Positions 54,500-64,000 of a stretch of DNA of 64,000 nucleotides are shown one piece after another. The notes under the pieces were generated by a model. The model was not told the origin of the DNA. It saw nothing but the letters and a program-made list of their open reading frames with translations, and did not search any database. The position numbers and the translations under genes were made by a program. The stretch is taken from the NCBI GenBank assembly GCA_963804955.1, contig CAWDSQ010000014.1:1-64000 (forward strand), in the 5' to 3' direction. The stretch's first letter is position 1, and each line of letters begins with the position of its first letter. Source of the DNA: an uncultured delta proteobacterium. GTDB lineage: Bacteria; Desulfobacterota; WTBG01; CAIYCZ01; CAIRTM01.

Positions 54500-57400
54500 T
54501 CAGCGCTCCAGCAGCAGTTCGCCGAGCGCGCGTTCGAGAAAAGCCTGGTTGCGGTACGGGCTGTCCGCAGCATTTGAGGGGCAGACCGAAATGCAGTTGC
54601 CGCAGCCTTTGCACAGAGCATCATCAACCGTTGCGCGCCAGGCGCCGTTTGGGCCGGGCCCGAGGGTAACAGCCTGATAGGGGCAGTGCCGCACGCAGCG
54701 GCCGCAGCCCCGGCACAGCTCTTCATCAACGCAGACGGTAAAGCCCCTGCTTGCGCGCGGGCCCCGCGGCATGCCTGCGGCTGCCAGCACAGCCGCTGCA
54801 GCTCCTTTTTCGCGCTCGGAGAGTTTGACCCCGGGGAAATCGGCCATATAAACGCCGGAAACCGATGTTGCACCCGGATATAAAAACGATATGCCGGTCA
54901 CTCCCTGTTGCTGCATGACTGACGAGATGGTGCGTCCCGGAAGCTCCTTCTGATGGATGCAGGTTAGTTTCTTGGCCTGCCTGCCGCCGAGAATCACGGC
55001 GCCGGCCTGAACGGTCTGCGTATCCTGATCTCCCATTTGAAACGATATCTGAAAATCGCCCCTGGAGCCGTTGATTGCGCTGACCGTGGCGCCCGTAAAA
55101 CGGTGAATATTGGCTTGAATGACTGGCGGTTCATCGCTGTCCTGCAGCGGGGCAAAAAGCAGCACCTCAAAGCCCATGCCGGCAAGGGTCAAAGCGCTCT
55201 GCCGGGCGGCTGCGGAATCACCGATCACGGCGGTTGTGAAGCTGTAGTTATGAGAAGGCGTAGGCAGAAGCTTCAGGCGCCGCGCACGGTTGATGGAGCT
55301 TTCAATAAGGCTTTCAAAGCGGTCAGTTGCGCTATCGGGGCTGCTTTTTACCAGCCGCAGCACCTCGCCGCGCAAATTGCATGCCTCGACCATGGAGCGG
55401 CTCACGCCCGTGCCCGTAAAAAGCCTGTTTTTCAAACGGCTGCGCTGCTCCGTGCAGGAGCTGCACACGAAGTTAAGCGAGCAGCAGACGCATGATGCCA
55501 GAACGGCCCGCGTAATGCCTTTTTCACGAATCGTGCGCACAATTGAGGAATAGCCCTCGGGGACGCAAACAGCTGTTAAAATTTCCGCATGGACGATATC
55601 GGGGCGGGTGGAAAGGCCTTCCATATAGTGCGTCATGCTGTCGAGCCACCCTTTAGAGTCATTGCAGCGGCAGGCAAATACGCCGATGCGGATATCGGGC
55701 GACAGACCGGGATCGGGAACAGAGAACGTCATGCCGTGGCCCCTGGGCCGGGCGCCGCTGCCCCCGAGCAGAACCATGGCCTTGGCGGCAGCGGAAAAAC
55801 CGCGCGCCATAAGCGCGTACGACATCCTCTTTTGATGACTTCGCGTCATAGGCCCGTATCACATCCTCGCCATTGATCTGGCCGGCAGCGTCCTTGTCGG
55901 CAATGATGACAATGCCGGCATTTTCCGTAAGAGCTTCTCCCTCCTGATTATGCAGTATCGCGCCGACAGCTTCGCATGCATCGCTGCACTGCAGGCACTG
56001 GGAGCAGACGCCGCATTGAAGGCAGCGCTGCGTCTCTGCCATCACCTGCTCGCGGTCAAGCCCCAAAGCTGTTTCCAGAAATGTAGAGCGCCGAACTGCA
56101 GGCTCAAGCTCGGCCATGACTGGCCGCAGAGTTTTCTGCGCAATGACGGGAAGGGGGTCAAAATCGCGATCCTGAGGGCGAACAGGCCTATCTGCCGGTG
56201 CTGCGTCGCGGTGCATATGGCTCAGCAGCCCGCGGGCCGCGCTGCGGCCTGAGGCCATTGCTTCAACGGCCGACGTGGGGCCGCTGACACCGTCGCCTGC
56301 GCCATACACGCCGTGCAGATTGGTGCGCTGCTGCGCATCGGTTTTGATAAAACCATTTTTTGTCACATGGAGCCTGCCGTGGGCATCCTGTTGTTTCAGA
56401 GGGCCGGACTGGCCGATTGCAACGAAAGCCATGTCAAAGGGAAGTTCACAGCCCGTTTTTTTCGGGTCTATCACAGGCCAGGGGGTACCGCCGGCATCAG
56501 GTTGCCCGGGCTTTGTGGCAGCGCATTTCAGGCTGCGCAGTTTACCGCCTGCGCCCTCAAAAACCGTCACCTGGCATGAGGCCTTTATGGCAACGCCTTC
56601 CTCGATTGCCGCCTTCACCTCGTCTGCGTCAGCAGGGATTGCATCTTCGGAAAACCAGGAGATCAGGGTCACCTCGGCGCCAAGGCGGCACAGGGCCCGT
56701 GCCAGATCAAAGGCGCTGTTGCCGTCGCCGATGACGGCAGCCCTGCCCTGCAGTTCTTTCACATCACCGCGGTACATGCGATTTAAAAATGCCAGGCACC
56801 CTTCAACCCCTGCAAGATCTTCGCCGGGTACGCCCAGTTTTCGGTCAAGCCAGGTGCCGGTTGCAACTATAACGCCGCTGTGTTTCTTCGCCAGTGTTTC
56901 AAGCTCAAGGGAAACATCAACCGGGTGATTGCAGATAAAGTGAACGCCGAGGCTTTTGATATAGTCGATATCGCGGTCAAGAATATCCTCAGGCAGGCGG
57001 TAGCGCCCCACGCCGTAGCGCAGAAGCCCACCGGGCAGGGGCTCTTTTTCATATACCGTGACGCCGCAGCCTGCACGGGCAAGCTCGGCAGCCGCGGCCA
57101 GGCCTGCAGGGCCGGAGCCGATAACGGCAATACCGGGGGCATCATGGGCTGCCTGTTTTTTGACAGGGGCAGTGGTGGCGGCGTTATCGGTGATAAACCG
57201 CTTGATATCCTTGATGGCAATGGCCTGATCAAGCTCTGCCCGGCGGCAGGCTGTTTCGCAGGGATGCGTGCAGATGCGGCCGCAGATGCCGGGCAGCACA
57301 TTGTCCTGCCGGATAATATCCAGTGCTTCGCCGTATTTTTCATCTCCGCACAGAGCGATATAGCCCTGTGCATTGACGCCAAGCGGGCACTCTTTCTGGC

Positions 57401-57861
57401 AGGGCGGATCGTTGCGCTTTTCAATCACGACCCTGCCGGGAAGGCTCTGGCGCCCATTGTAGATTATTGCTTTACGGCCGGTGTCAAGCTTTACCGGGCA
57501 GCTGTCATGGCAGCGGCCGCAGAGAGTGCATTTTTCCAAATCAACAAAAGTCTGAGGCCGGGTGATTTTTATGGAAAACCCCTGCGCTGCTGTGCTTGAC
57601 AGCATCGACCCGTGCCGGCATATGCAGCCGTATGTCGGGGTTGCGCAGAATACGAATGAGGCCCGGACGGTGGGCGTAATTGAGCCGCACACCCGATTTC
57701 AGCATCCATTCATCGCGGGAAAATTTTGCGTCAAGATCAATGGCCGTATCGATGAGGGTGACCGGTATGCCAAGCTCGCCGAGCTTATTGGCGGCAGTCA
57801 CGCCAGAGGGCGTGGCGCCTATGATGGCTACGCGGTGCAGGCGTTCTTTGGCTTTTTTCAT
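54500..57861 (-). CDS. HdrL-like multidomain flavoprotein (HdrA-like plus GltD/NAD(P)H-binding module); frameshifts ~57580 and ~55825
   Basis: ORFs 57541-57861, 55659-57692 and 54500-55849 join. Motifs: GATPSG, ferredoxin, CGRICTHPCE, GSGPAG, GDGNSA, IGVFACRCND, C-terminal CRGCGRC/CKGCGNC. Confidence 0.82.
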
Positions 57862-58466
57862 GACCCAACTCCCGCATGGCCCGCGGCCTTTTTCTCGCGG
57901 CCTTTGAGCATGGCGGCGCCATAGTCCCAGCCTTTTTTGAAAGCGTTCAGATTCATCTCCTCGGTCCCCTTGGGCACCGAATCCTTCACCGCTTCCTCAA
58001 CCGCCTTGCGCGACACGGCCTGCGTGACAGAGGAAAAAAAGCCGAGCATGACGATATTGGCTATCATCTTGCGGCCCATTTCCTCGGCAAGGCGCGTTGC
58101 AGGTATGGAAAAATAATCGCGGTCAAAACCCGTCGGCTTCACAAGATCCAGATCGGTAATGAGCATGGTCGTATCACAGATCATATTGGCATACTTGTCG
58201 TAGCCGGTCTGGGACATGCAGACCAGTATGTCGGGCCGGCGCACATACGGGTACTGTATCTGCCTGTCGTCGATTATGACCTGGGAGCAGCAGTAGCCGC
58301 CGCGCGACTCAGGGCCGTAGGACTGCACCTGCGTGCTCTCGCGGTGATCGCCCAGAGCCGCGGCTTTACCAAGTATGCTGCCGATAAGCACGACACCCTG
58401 GCCGCCGAAGCCCGTGACCAGTATTTCTTTTTTTGTTGTTATTGCTGCTGCTTGTGTCATCCCCAA
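57858..58466 (-). CDS. korC: 2-oxoacid:ferredoxin oxidoreductase gamma subunit
   Basis: GFGGQG, SYGPESRGG, NIVMLG. Confidence 0.9.
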   Translation of the reverse strand: MGMTQAAAITTKKEILVTGFGGQGVVLIGSILGKAAALGDHRESTQVQSYGPESRGGYCCSQVIIDDRQIQYPYVRRPDILVCMSQTGYDKYANMICDTTMLITDLDLVKPTGFDRDYFSIPATRLAEEMGRKMIANIVMLGFFSSVTQAVSRKAVEEAVKDSVPKGTEEMNLNAFKKGWDYGAAMLKGREKKAAGHAGVGS

Positions 58467-58534
58467 TGCGCCTTTAAAAGTAGTTCTCCTGCACTATCTG
58501 CAGGGTGGTTCTTATAAATGTATAGGTCTTTAGA

Positions 58535-58711
58535 AGAAGCCAGAATCCAGTAGTCAGAATCCAGAATAAAAGGCACATTGCACACTTTGGCTCTGGCGCC
58601 TCGACTGAACTCCGGGCAGGTTTAAAACCTGCCCCTACATGAATTTTTTTAAATCTTGAATCCGGAATCTTGAATTTCTTTACTACTGAATTCTGGCTCC
58701 TGACTTCTGTC
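58535..58711. repeat. Inverted heptamer tracts enclosing a GTAG REP-like element
   Basis: agaagcc-agaatcc-agtagtc-agaatcc ... ttctggc-tcctgac-ttctgtc; CGGGCAGGTTTAAAACCTGCCCCTAC at 58613-58638. Confidence 0.72.
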
Positions 58712-58732
58712 TTCCCGTGCCAGCCTGAAATG

Positions 58733-59572
58733 CTATTCTTTGTGGTACAGTTTATTATAGGTCTCGGTAAAAGTCGGCCTTTCGACATCGACAAAGGTGC
58801 CCAGGACAACCCGCTTTTTAAAATCAACGGCAAGCTCTGCCGGGTTGGCGTTGTTTTTGATAATCGTTTTATCCTGATACATCTTCAGGGTGTCAAGGGG
58901 CCGCTCCTTATTGCGCCTGCCGTAGTTGACCGGACAGGGCGCCAGCACCTCGACGAAGGAGAAACCTTTTCTGGTCAGGCAGGACTGAATGGATTCGGTA
59001 ACCTCGCGGGTATGCAGCATGGTCCAGCGGGCGATATAGGTTGCACCTGAGGCATAGGCAAGCAGCGGCAGGTTAAACGGGCTGTCCGGGTTGCCCAAAG
59101 GGGTCGTGGTGGTGCGGGCAAGGCTCGGGGTTGTGGCCGCCACCTGGCCGCCGGTCATGCCGTAATTGAGATTATTGATACAGATGACGGTCATATCGAT
59201 ATTTCTGCGGGCGGCATGAATAAAATGATTGCCGCCGATGGCAAACAAATCGCCGTCGCCGCTGAAAACGATCATATGGAGGTCGGGGTTGGCGATCTTC
59301 ATGCCCGTGGCAAAAGGAATGGCCCTGCCATGGGTGGTATGAAACGAGTCGACCTTTGCATAGCCGGCGCCGCGTCCCGAGCAGCCGATGCCCGAGACCA
59401 TGACGGTTTTATCCAGATCGATGCCGCTAGCAAGCATGGCATGCAGGCATGATGAAAAGACCGTGCCAATGCCGCAGCCCGGGCACCAGATATGGGGCAT
59501 CCGGTCAGTGCGAATCAGATCGTCAAGAGGATGCTTCTGCTCGCTTGTAACCTTTTTGGCCTGTGCTGCCAT
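58733..59572 (-). CDS. korB: 2-oxoacid:ferredoxin oxidoreductase beta subunit
   Basis: WCPGCG, SGIGCS, GDGDLFAIGGNH, YGMTGGQ. Confidence 0.93.
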   Translation of the reverse strand: MAAQAKKVTSEQKHPLDDLIRTDRMPHIWCPGCGIGTVFSSCLHAMLASGIDLDKTVMVSGIGCSGRGAGYAKVDSFHTTHGRAIPFATGMKIANPDLHMIVFSGDGDLFAIGGNHFIHAARRNIDMTVICINNLNYGMTGGQVAATTPSLARTTTTPLGNPDSPFNLPLLAYASGATYIARWTMLHTREVTESIQSCLTRKGFSFVEVLAPCPVNYGRRNKERPLDTLKMYQDKTIIKNNANPAELAVDFKKRVVLGTFVDVERPTFTETYNKLYHKE

Positions 59573-59644
59573 GTTTCTTATGCCTTTCGGGACACTGCAT
59601 GCAGGTGCGCTCCTCAGGGCCGCGCCTGCTGTGTCCCCGTATGA

Positions 59645-60803
59645 TTACTGGTTCGATGTCAGCTCTTTGAGCGCGGCATATACGCGCTCCGGCGGTATGA
59701 TGGCGCCGCCGGCATGACCTACCAGCACGGTCTCTGCCCTGCCGCAGGCGCAGCGCTCTACTTCGCGGTGTATCTGCCCCATATTCATCTCAACGGTCAC
59801 AAATGCTTTGACCCGCCGGGACAGCTCCTGCACCAGCGCATCCGGAAAAGGCCAGACAGTTATCAGGCGCAGCAAGGCCGACCTTAATGCCGTCGCGCCG
59901 CGCGTCCTCAACTGCGGCATAGGCTGTGCGGGCCGAAGCCCCATAGGACACGATGCAGATATCTGCGTCATCCATCAGGTACTGTTCGGTGCGGATGATG
60001 TCGTCCAGATTATTTTGAATTTTGCCGACCAGGCGCGTCATCATGATTTCCTGCGCTTCAGGGGACATGGCCGGATAGCCGCGCTCATCATGAGTAAGGC
60101 CCGTTATATGCACCCGGTAGCCGTCTCCGGCTGCGGGCATGGGGGCAACGCCATAGGCTGTTGTTTCATAGGGCTTGAACCGGTCTTTGCGGCCCTTTGG
60201 CTTGATTCTTTCGAAGGTCTTTATTTTTTTCGCATCCGGGATAATGACCTTTTCGCTCATATGGCCGATGATTTCATCGGACATCACCAGAACGGGCAGG
60301 CGGTATTTCTCGCTCAGGTTAAAAGCATCTATGGTGTGGTAAAACATTTCCTGCGCCGACATGGGGGCAAAGGCTATAATCTCATAGTGGCCGTGGGAAC
60401 CCCAGCGGGCCTGCATCATATCGCCCTGAGCGCCAAGGGTGGGAAGGCCGGTGGAGGGGCCTGCGCGCTGCACATTCACCACCACGCAGGGGGTTTCGGT
60501 GCAGATGCCCAGGCCTATATTTTCCATCATGAGGCTGAAGCCCGGGCCCGATGTTGATGTCATGCTTTTCCTGCCTGCCCATGACGCGCCGAGAATTGAC
60601 GCCATGGCCGCAATTTCATCCTCCATCTGGATATAGGTGCCTCCGGCCTGAGGCAGGCGCGAGGACATATGCTCTGCTATTTCTGTTGCAGGCGTTATCG
60701 GATAGCCGCCGAAGAACTGGCACCCCGCGGCAAGCCCGCCTTCTGCGCAGGCCTCGTCGCCTGTCATATAATGTTCGCCCGTTAAAACTGCTGGATTGCT
60801 CAT
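59645..60803 (-). CDS. korA: 2-oxoacid:ferredoxin oxidoreductase alpha subunit; frameshift ~59870
   Basis: GYPITP, QMEDE, TSGPGFSLM, QRAGPSTGLPT; C-terminal VWPFP...EMNMGQ in the second frame. Confidence 0.92.
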
Positions 60804-60874
60804 GAAAGTGCCGCTATCTAATAAATAAAAAGTTTATATAGTCTGCGCAATGCGCCGCTCCACTCCTGTCCGGT

Positions 60875-61198
60875 CTATTTTACCGCAGGGCAGCAGGCGC
60901 CAGCCGCATCACCCTGCTGTGGCTGGTCGCCCGGCTCTGTGCCCGGCGCTTCAACCGAATAGATGGCAAGCTCTGGGCAGATAATCTCGCAGAAATGGCA
61001 GTTGACGCATTCCTCGGGTTTTGTAACCTCAGGCGGGTGATAGCTTTTTTTATTGAATCTCGTGGAGGTTTGAAGGATTTTTTTCGGACAGAACGCAATG
61101 CAGTACCCGCAACCCTTGCAGCGGTCATCAACGATATGAACTATACCTCGCGATACGATGACCTCTTCGGCATCAAGGGGCACTCTCCAGAAATCCAT
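60875..61198 (-). CDS. korD: 2-oxoacid:ferredoxin oxidoreductase delta (ferredoxin) subunit
   Basis: CKGCGYCIAFCP, CVNCHFCEIICP; GGAG RBS before MDFWR. Confidence 0.88.
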   Translation of the reverse strand: MDFWRVPLDAEEVIVSRGIVHIVDDRCKGCGYCIAFCPKKILQTSTRFNKKSYHPPEVTKPEECVNCHFCEIICPELAIYSVEAPGTEPGDQPQQGDAAGACCPAVK

Positions 61199-61582
61199 TG
61201 TCTTTGCTCTCCAATATCTTATTGCAAAGACGACAGGATATAGAATTTTCATAAAAAGTCAAGGCAAATGAAAGCATTGCCGCCATTGCTCATGCTTTTT
61301 TGACTGGGTATGGCCTTTTTCGGTGGCGATATGACTATAAATGACTTTATGGTGCCCTGCCTAAATATAGCAAAACAGGTGTTCCTGCAGGGTACAGACA
61401 TGTTTCAAAGCCATATACCCCTTGAAAACCCCCTTGTTTCAGGGGGAGGTGTGGCGTATTGCCAACTCTGATTGTTCATAATGCACATAAAGCTATGAGT
61501 CCGGCCAAATTTCATTTGCATATTGGCGCAACAACAACTAAAATGAACCATATAATAAAAAAATGGTTCAAGGGAGAGTGCC

Positions 61583-61840
61583 ATGAAATCAATAACCATA
61601 CATAATCTCGATGATCCTCTTGATAGACTGCTGCAGGAAAGGGCGAGAAGTCAGGGAATGAGCCTCAATAAAACAATAAAATCTCTGCTTGCCGAATCGC
61701 TGGGTATACGGCCAAAAAAACCAGCAGGGCATAAAGATGAATTCATGGACCTTTTTGGTTCATGGTCTGAAGCTGATGCCAGATCATTCAGGCAGACCGT
61801 GAAGGATTTACAAAAAATAGATGCCGAAGACTGGTCATGA
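61583..61840 (+). CDS. Ribbon-helix-helix antitoxin (FitA/VapB-like)
   Basis: MKSITIHNLDD...GMSLNKTI; ATGA overlap with the PIN gene. Confidence 0.85.
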   Translation: MKSITIHNLDDPLDRLLQERARSQGMSLNKTIKSLLAESLGIRPKKPAGHKDEFMDLFGSWSEADARSFRQTVKDLQKIDAEDWS

Positions 61841-62241
61841 AAAAAATCATCCTTGACACCAATGCCTATGTCGCCTTTCTTGCCGGTGACAGCGCTGTTC
61901 TTGATGCGCTTGCCCAGGCCGAAATCGTCTATATATCGGCAATCGTGCTCGGGGAATTATACGCCGGCTTCAAGGGCGGCAGAAAAGAATCTGACAACAG
62001 GACGCAGCTTGATGTTTTTCTAAAAAAATCAACGGTGCATGTCGTCAATGTCACACAGGAGACAGCCGATGTCTTCGGCGCAATAAAAAGCAGCCTTAAA
62101 AAGACGGGGACTCCCATTCCGATCAACGATGTCTGGATAGCCGCACACGCTACCGAGACTGGCGCTGTGCTCATAACCTATGATACGCACTTTTCCAAAG
62201 TGCATGGCTTGCGCCTCTGGAAGAGACATCAGGGGATGTAG
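61837..62241 (+). CDS. vapC: PIN-domain toxin
   Basis: LDTNAY, LGELYAG, PINDVWIAA, ITYDTHF. Confidence 0.92.
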   Translation: MKKIILDTNAYVAFLAGDSAVLDALAQAEIVYISAIVLGELYAGFKGGRKESDNRTQLDVFLKKSTVHVVNVTQETADVFGAIKSSLKKTGTPIPINDVWIAAHATETGAVLITYDTHFSKVHGLRLWKRHQGM

Positions 62242-62346
62242 CTGTTTCACCCCCCATGCTTTTACATCTGATAAGTCCAACTTAGACCCCTTTTCCTCCT
62301 TCGGTTAACCCTCCGAATTCCGAACGCCCTACGAAACCCGAACTGT

Positions 62347-62838
62347 TTACTTTTTCAAACTGCTCAGCTCACGGATGGTCTGAATCTCCTGCTCCTTTTC
62401 CCGGCCCCGCTTGTCCTGCTCCCACACATAATACCAGTAGCCTTTTTGGGGCACCTGCTCAAGCAGAACCATTCTGCGCGGCGCAACAAGAATCAGGTTC
62501 AGGACCTTGCACGCCTCCCGCAGTTTTTCGCTTTTTTTAGCTTCTGCAAAAAGATAATCTGCATGGCGGGCATCGCCGGCAGGAACAACTTCAGCCCTGC
62601 CCCAGATCTGCAAACCCTTAAGCGGATGACTGGTCGAGTGCAGCGCCAGAGCCACATTGGGGTTCTTTTTCAGACAGGCAAACTTGCGCGTAAACTTTTC
62701 GGAATAAATAACTATGTTCATGCCGTCGGTGGCGTAGCGTACAGGCGTTGCCCGAACATCATCTCCCGTGCCGGTGCAGAGAACGCAGTACTGGTTTTCG
62801 CCGAGATACCGTAGAATCTTTTCTTTGCTTGCTCCCAT
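62347..62838 (-). CDS. Pyridoxamine 5'-phosphate oxidase-like flavin-binding protein
   Basis: CVLCT..VRATPV, TRKF..LKKNPNVAL, GLQIWGRA. Confidence 0.8.
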   Translation of the reverse strand: MGASKEKILRYLGENQYCVLCTGTGDDVRATPVRYATDGMNIVIYSEKFTRKFACLKKNPNVALALHSTSHPLKGLQIWGRAEVVPAGDARHADYLFAEAKKSEKLREACKVLNLILVAPRRMVLLEQVPQKGYWYYVWEQDKRGREKEQEIQTIRELSSLKK

Positions 62839-63110
62839 GACGCCCTTTCTCCCTGTTTTTTTGTTCTTACCTGCGTTTGCAGCAAAAAAACTTCAAACTC
62901 TTATAAAACAATTTTTGCACATTGAAAACATCTTCCGGCGCGGCTTTGAAAAAAAAACCGGCTCTTGCAGTTGTTCCGGGAATATAAAAACAGAAAAGGG
63001 ATAATTTTTGTATATGCAAAGCAATGGAGTACCTGCTGGTATTTTCATGCAAAACGCTGTTATTTTTTTGCTGCTTGCCTCGGTAAAAGTTTGACGCTAT
63101 AGTACAAACC

Positions 63111-64000
63111 ATGCGTAAAAAAAATCCACCGAAACAGGTCAAACATAAACGGCCCCCTGAGCATACAGTTCAGGCAAGAAAGACCGAAAGCCATGCAAAG
63201 GGTCTGCCCGCCATCGCAGTGATACAGGAAGAAATCAAGGCCGCCTATAAACGCGCGTTTTTAAAAAAAACATTCGCCCTGCTCGGATTATACGCAGCAG
63301 TGGCGTGCTTTGCCACCTGGCCGCTTATAGCCAATCTGAAAAACTGCATGCCCATCGGCGGGGTGCGCTATGGCACGATAGTTTTATTCAACCTCTGGAC
63401 GCTTGACTGGAACGCGCGCATGCTGGGGCATGAGGGCTATTGGGACGCTCCCATTTTCTATCCGGAAAAAGGGGCCTTTGCACTGTCCGAACCAATGCCC
63501 GTTACCGGTCTTTTGTATGCGCCGTTCAAAGCTCTCACGCAAAACCCTGTTACCGCCTACGACCTTGCCCTGCTTGCCATTCTGACACTGAATGGTTTTA
63601 TGGCATACCGCCTGCTGAAGCAGCTTGGCGCAGGTGAGAGCGGTTCTATTCTCACCGGCGTGCTCGGGGTTTTTACGCCCTTTGTTTTCGACCAGCTCGA
63701 AGTCCTGCAGCTGACGGTGCTGTTCCCTTTATTCGGCGCGCTGACGGCCCTTCACGCTTGCGCAAGCAAGCCGGAAGTGCGCCCCGCATTGCGGCTGGGG
63801 TTGTGGGTGTTCATAAGCTTTGCAACCTGCACCTATTATGGTTTGTTTCTGAGCGTTTTCATACTGCTTGGCTGCGCCTTGCTGCTTGAGCGCCGCCACC
63901 TGCAGCTGATCACGCTGCGCAATGGCATTTTGGGAGCGCTTCTGGCAGGCCTGCTGCTGCTGCCGATGGTGCTGCCCCAGATGAACTACACCAAAAAATA
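63111..64000 (+). CDS. Polytopic membrane protein (GT-C/YfhO-like), runs off the window end
   Basis: Reading frame from ATG 63111: ATWPLI...FNLWTLDWN...YWDAPIFYPEKGAFALSEP, with multiple TMs. Confidence 0.7.
   Translation, partial: MRKKNPPKQVKHKRPPEHTVQARKTESHAKGLPAIAVIQEEIKAAYKRAFLKKTFALLGLYAAVACFATWPLIANLKNCMPIGGVRYGTIVLFNLWTLDWNARMLGHEGYWDAPIFYPEKGAFALSEPMPVTGLLYAPFKALTQNPVTAYDLALLAILTLNGFMAYRLLKQLGAGESGSILTGVLGVFTPFVFDQLEVLQLTVLFPLFGALTALHACASKPEVRPALRLGLWVFISFATCTYYGLFLSVFILLGCALLLERRHLQLITLRNGILGALLAGLLLLPMVLPQMNYTKK

Noticed and set aside
2668..60803. Frameshifts in crtI, uvsE, the adhesin, ABC ATPase, tatT, metal permease, hdrL and korA as pseudogenisation or programmed frameshifting
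   Set aside because: They are small indels scattered over unrelated genes, some in homopolymers and two compensating, with otherwise intact motifs. Uncorrected long-read error is the simplest explanation; read polishing would decide.
61583..62241. VapBC-like pair as part of a larger mobile or defence island
   Set aside because: No integrase, transposase or other defence genes nearby; an ordinary solitary TA pair.

Overview
A 64 kb, mostly housekeeping and metabolic segment. Gene content suggests an anaerobic deltaproteobacterium (Desulfobacterota-like; this taxonomy is an inference). The largest block is a co-oriented minus-strand cluster at ~50.2-61.2 kb. It contains a four-subunit 2-oxoacid:ferredoxin oxidoreductase translationally coupled to an HdrL-like flavoprotein, an MvhD-HdrD-like fusion, and a selenocysteine HdrA-MvhD fusion whose in-frame UGA and SECIS hairpin are visible. 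Also present: a TPAT (TatT/TatP/QM) transporter, an ABC exporter headed by a degenerate B12-binding-fold protein, a 14-repeat Ig-like adhesin, a bacterial cereblon-domain gene, two PAS-LuxR regulators, crtI-like and uvsE genes, an ArsR metal-efflux unit and a VapBC-like pair. Intergenic DNA is rich in short palindromic and heptamer repeats, including a multiply nested MITE at ~49.7-50.0 kb. About eight genes carry small frameshifts that look like long-read errors. The first ~365 bp appear chimeric (ribH 3' half fused head-to-head to a 5'-truncated deaD). No rRNA, tRNA or CRISPR array was recognised.
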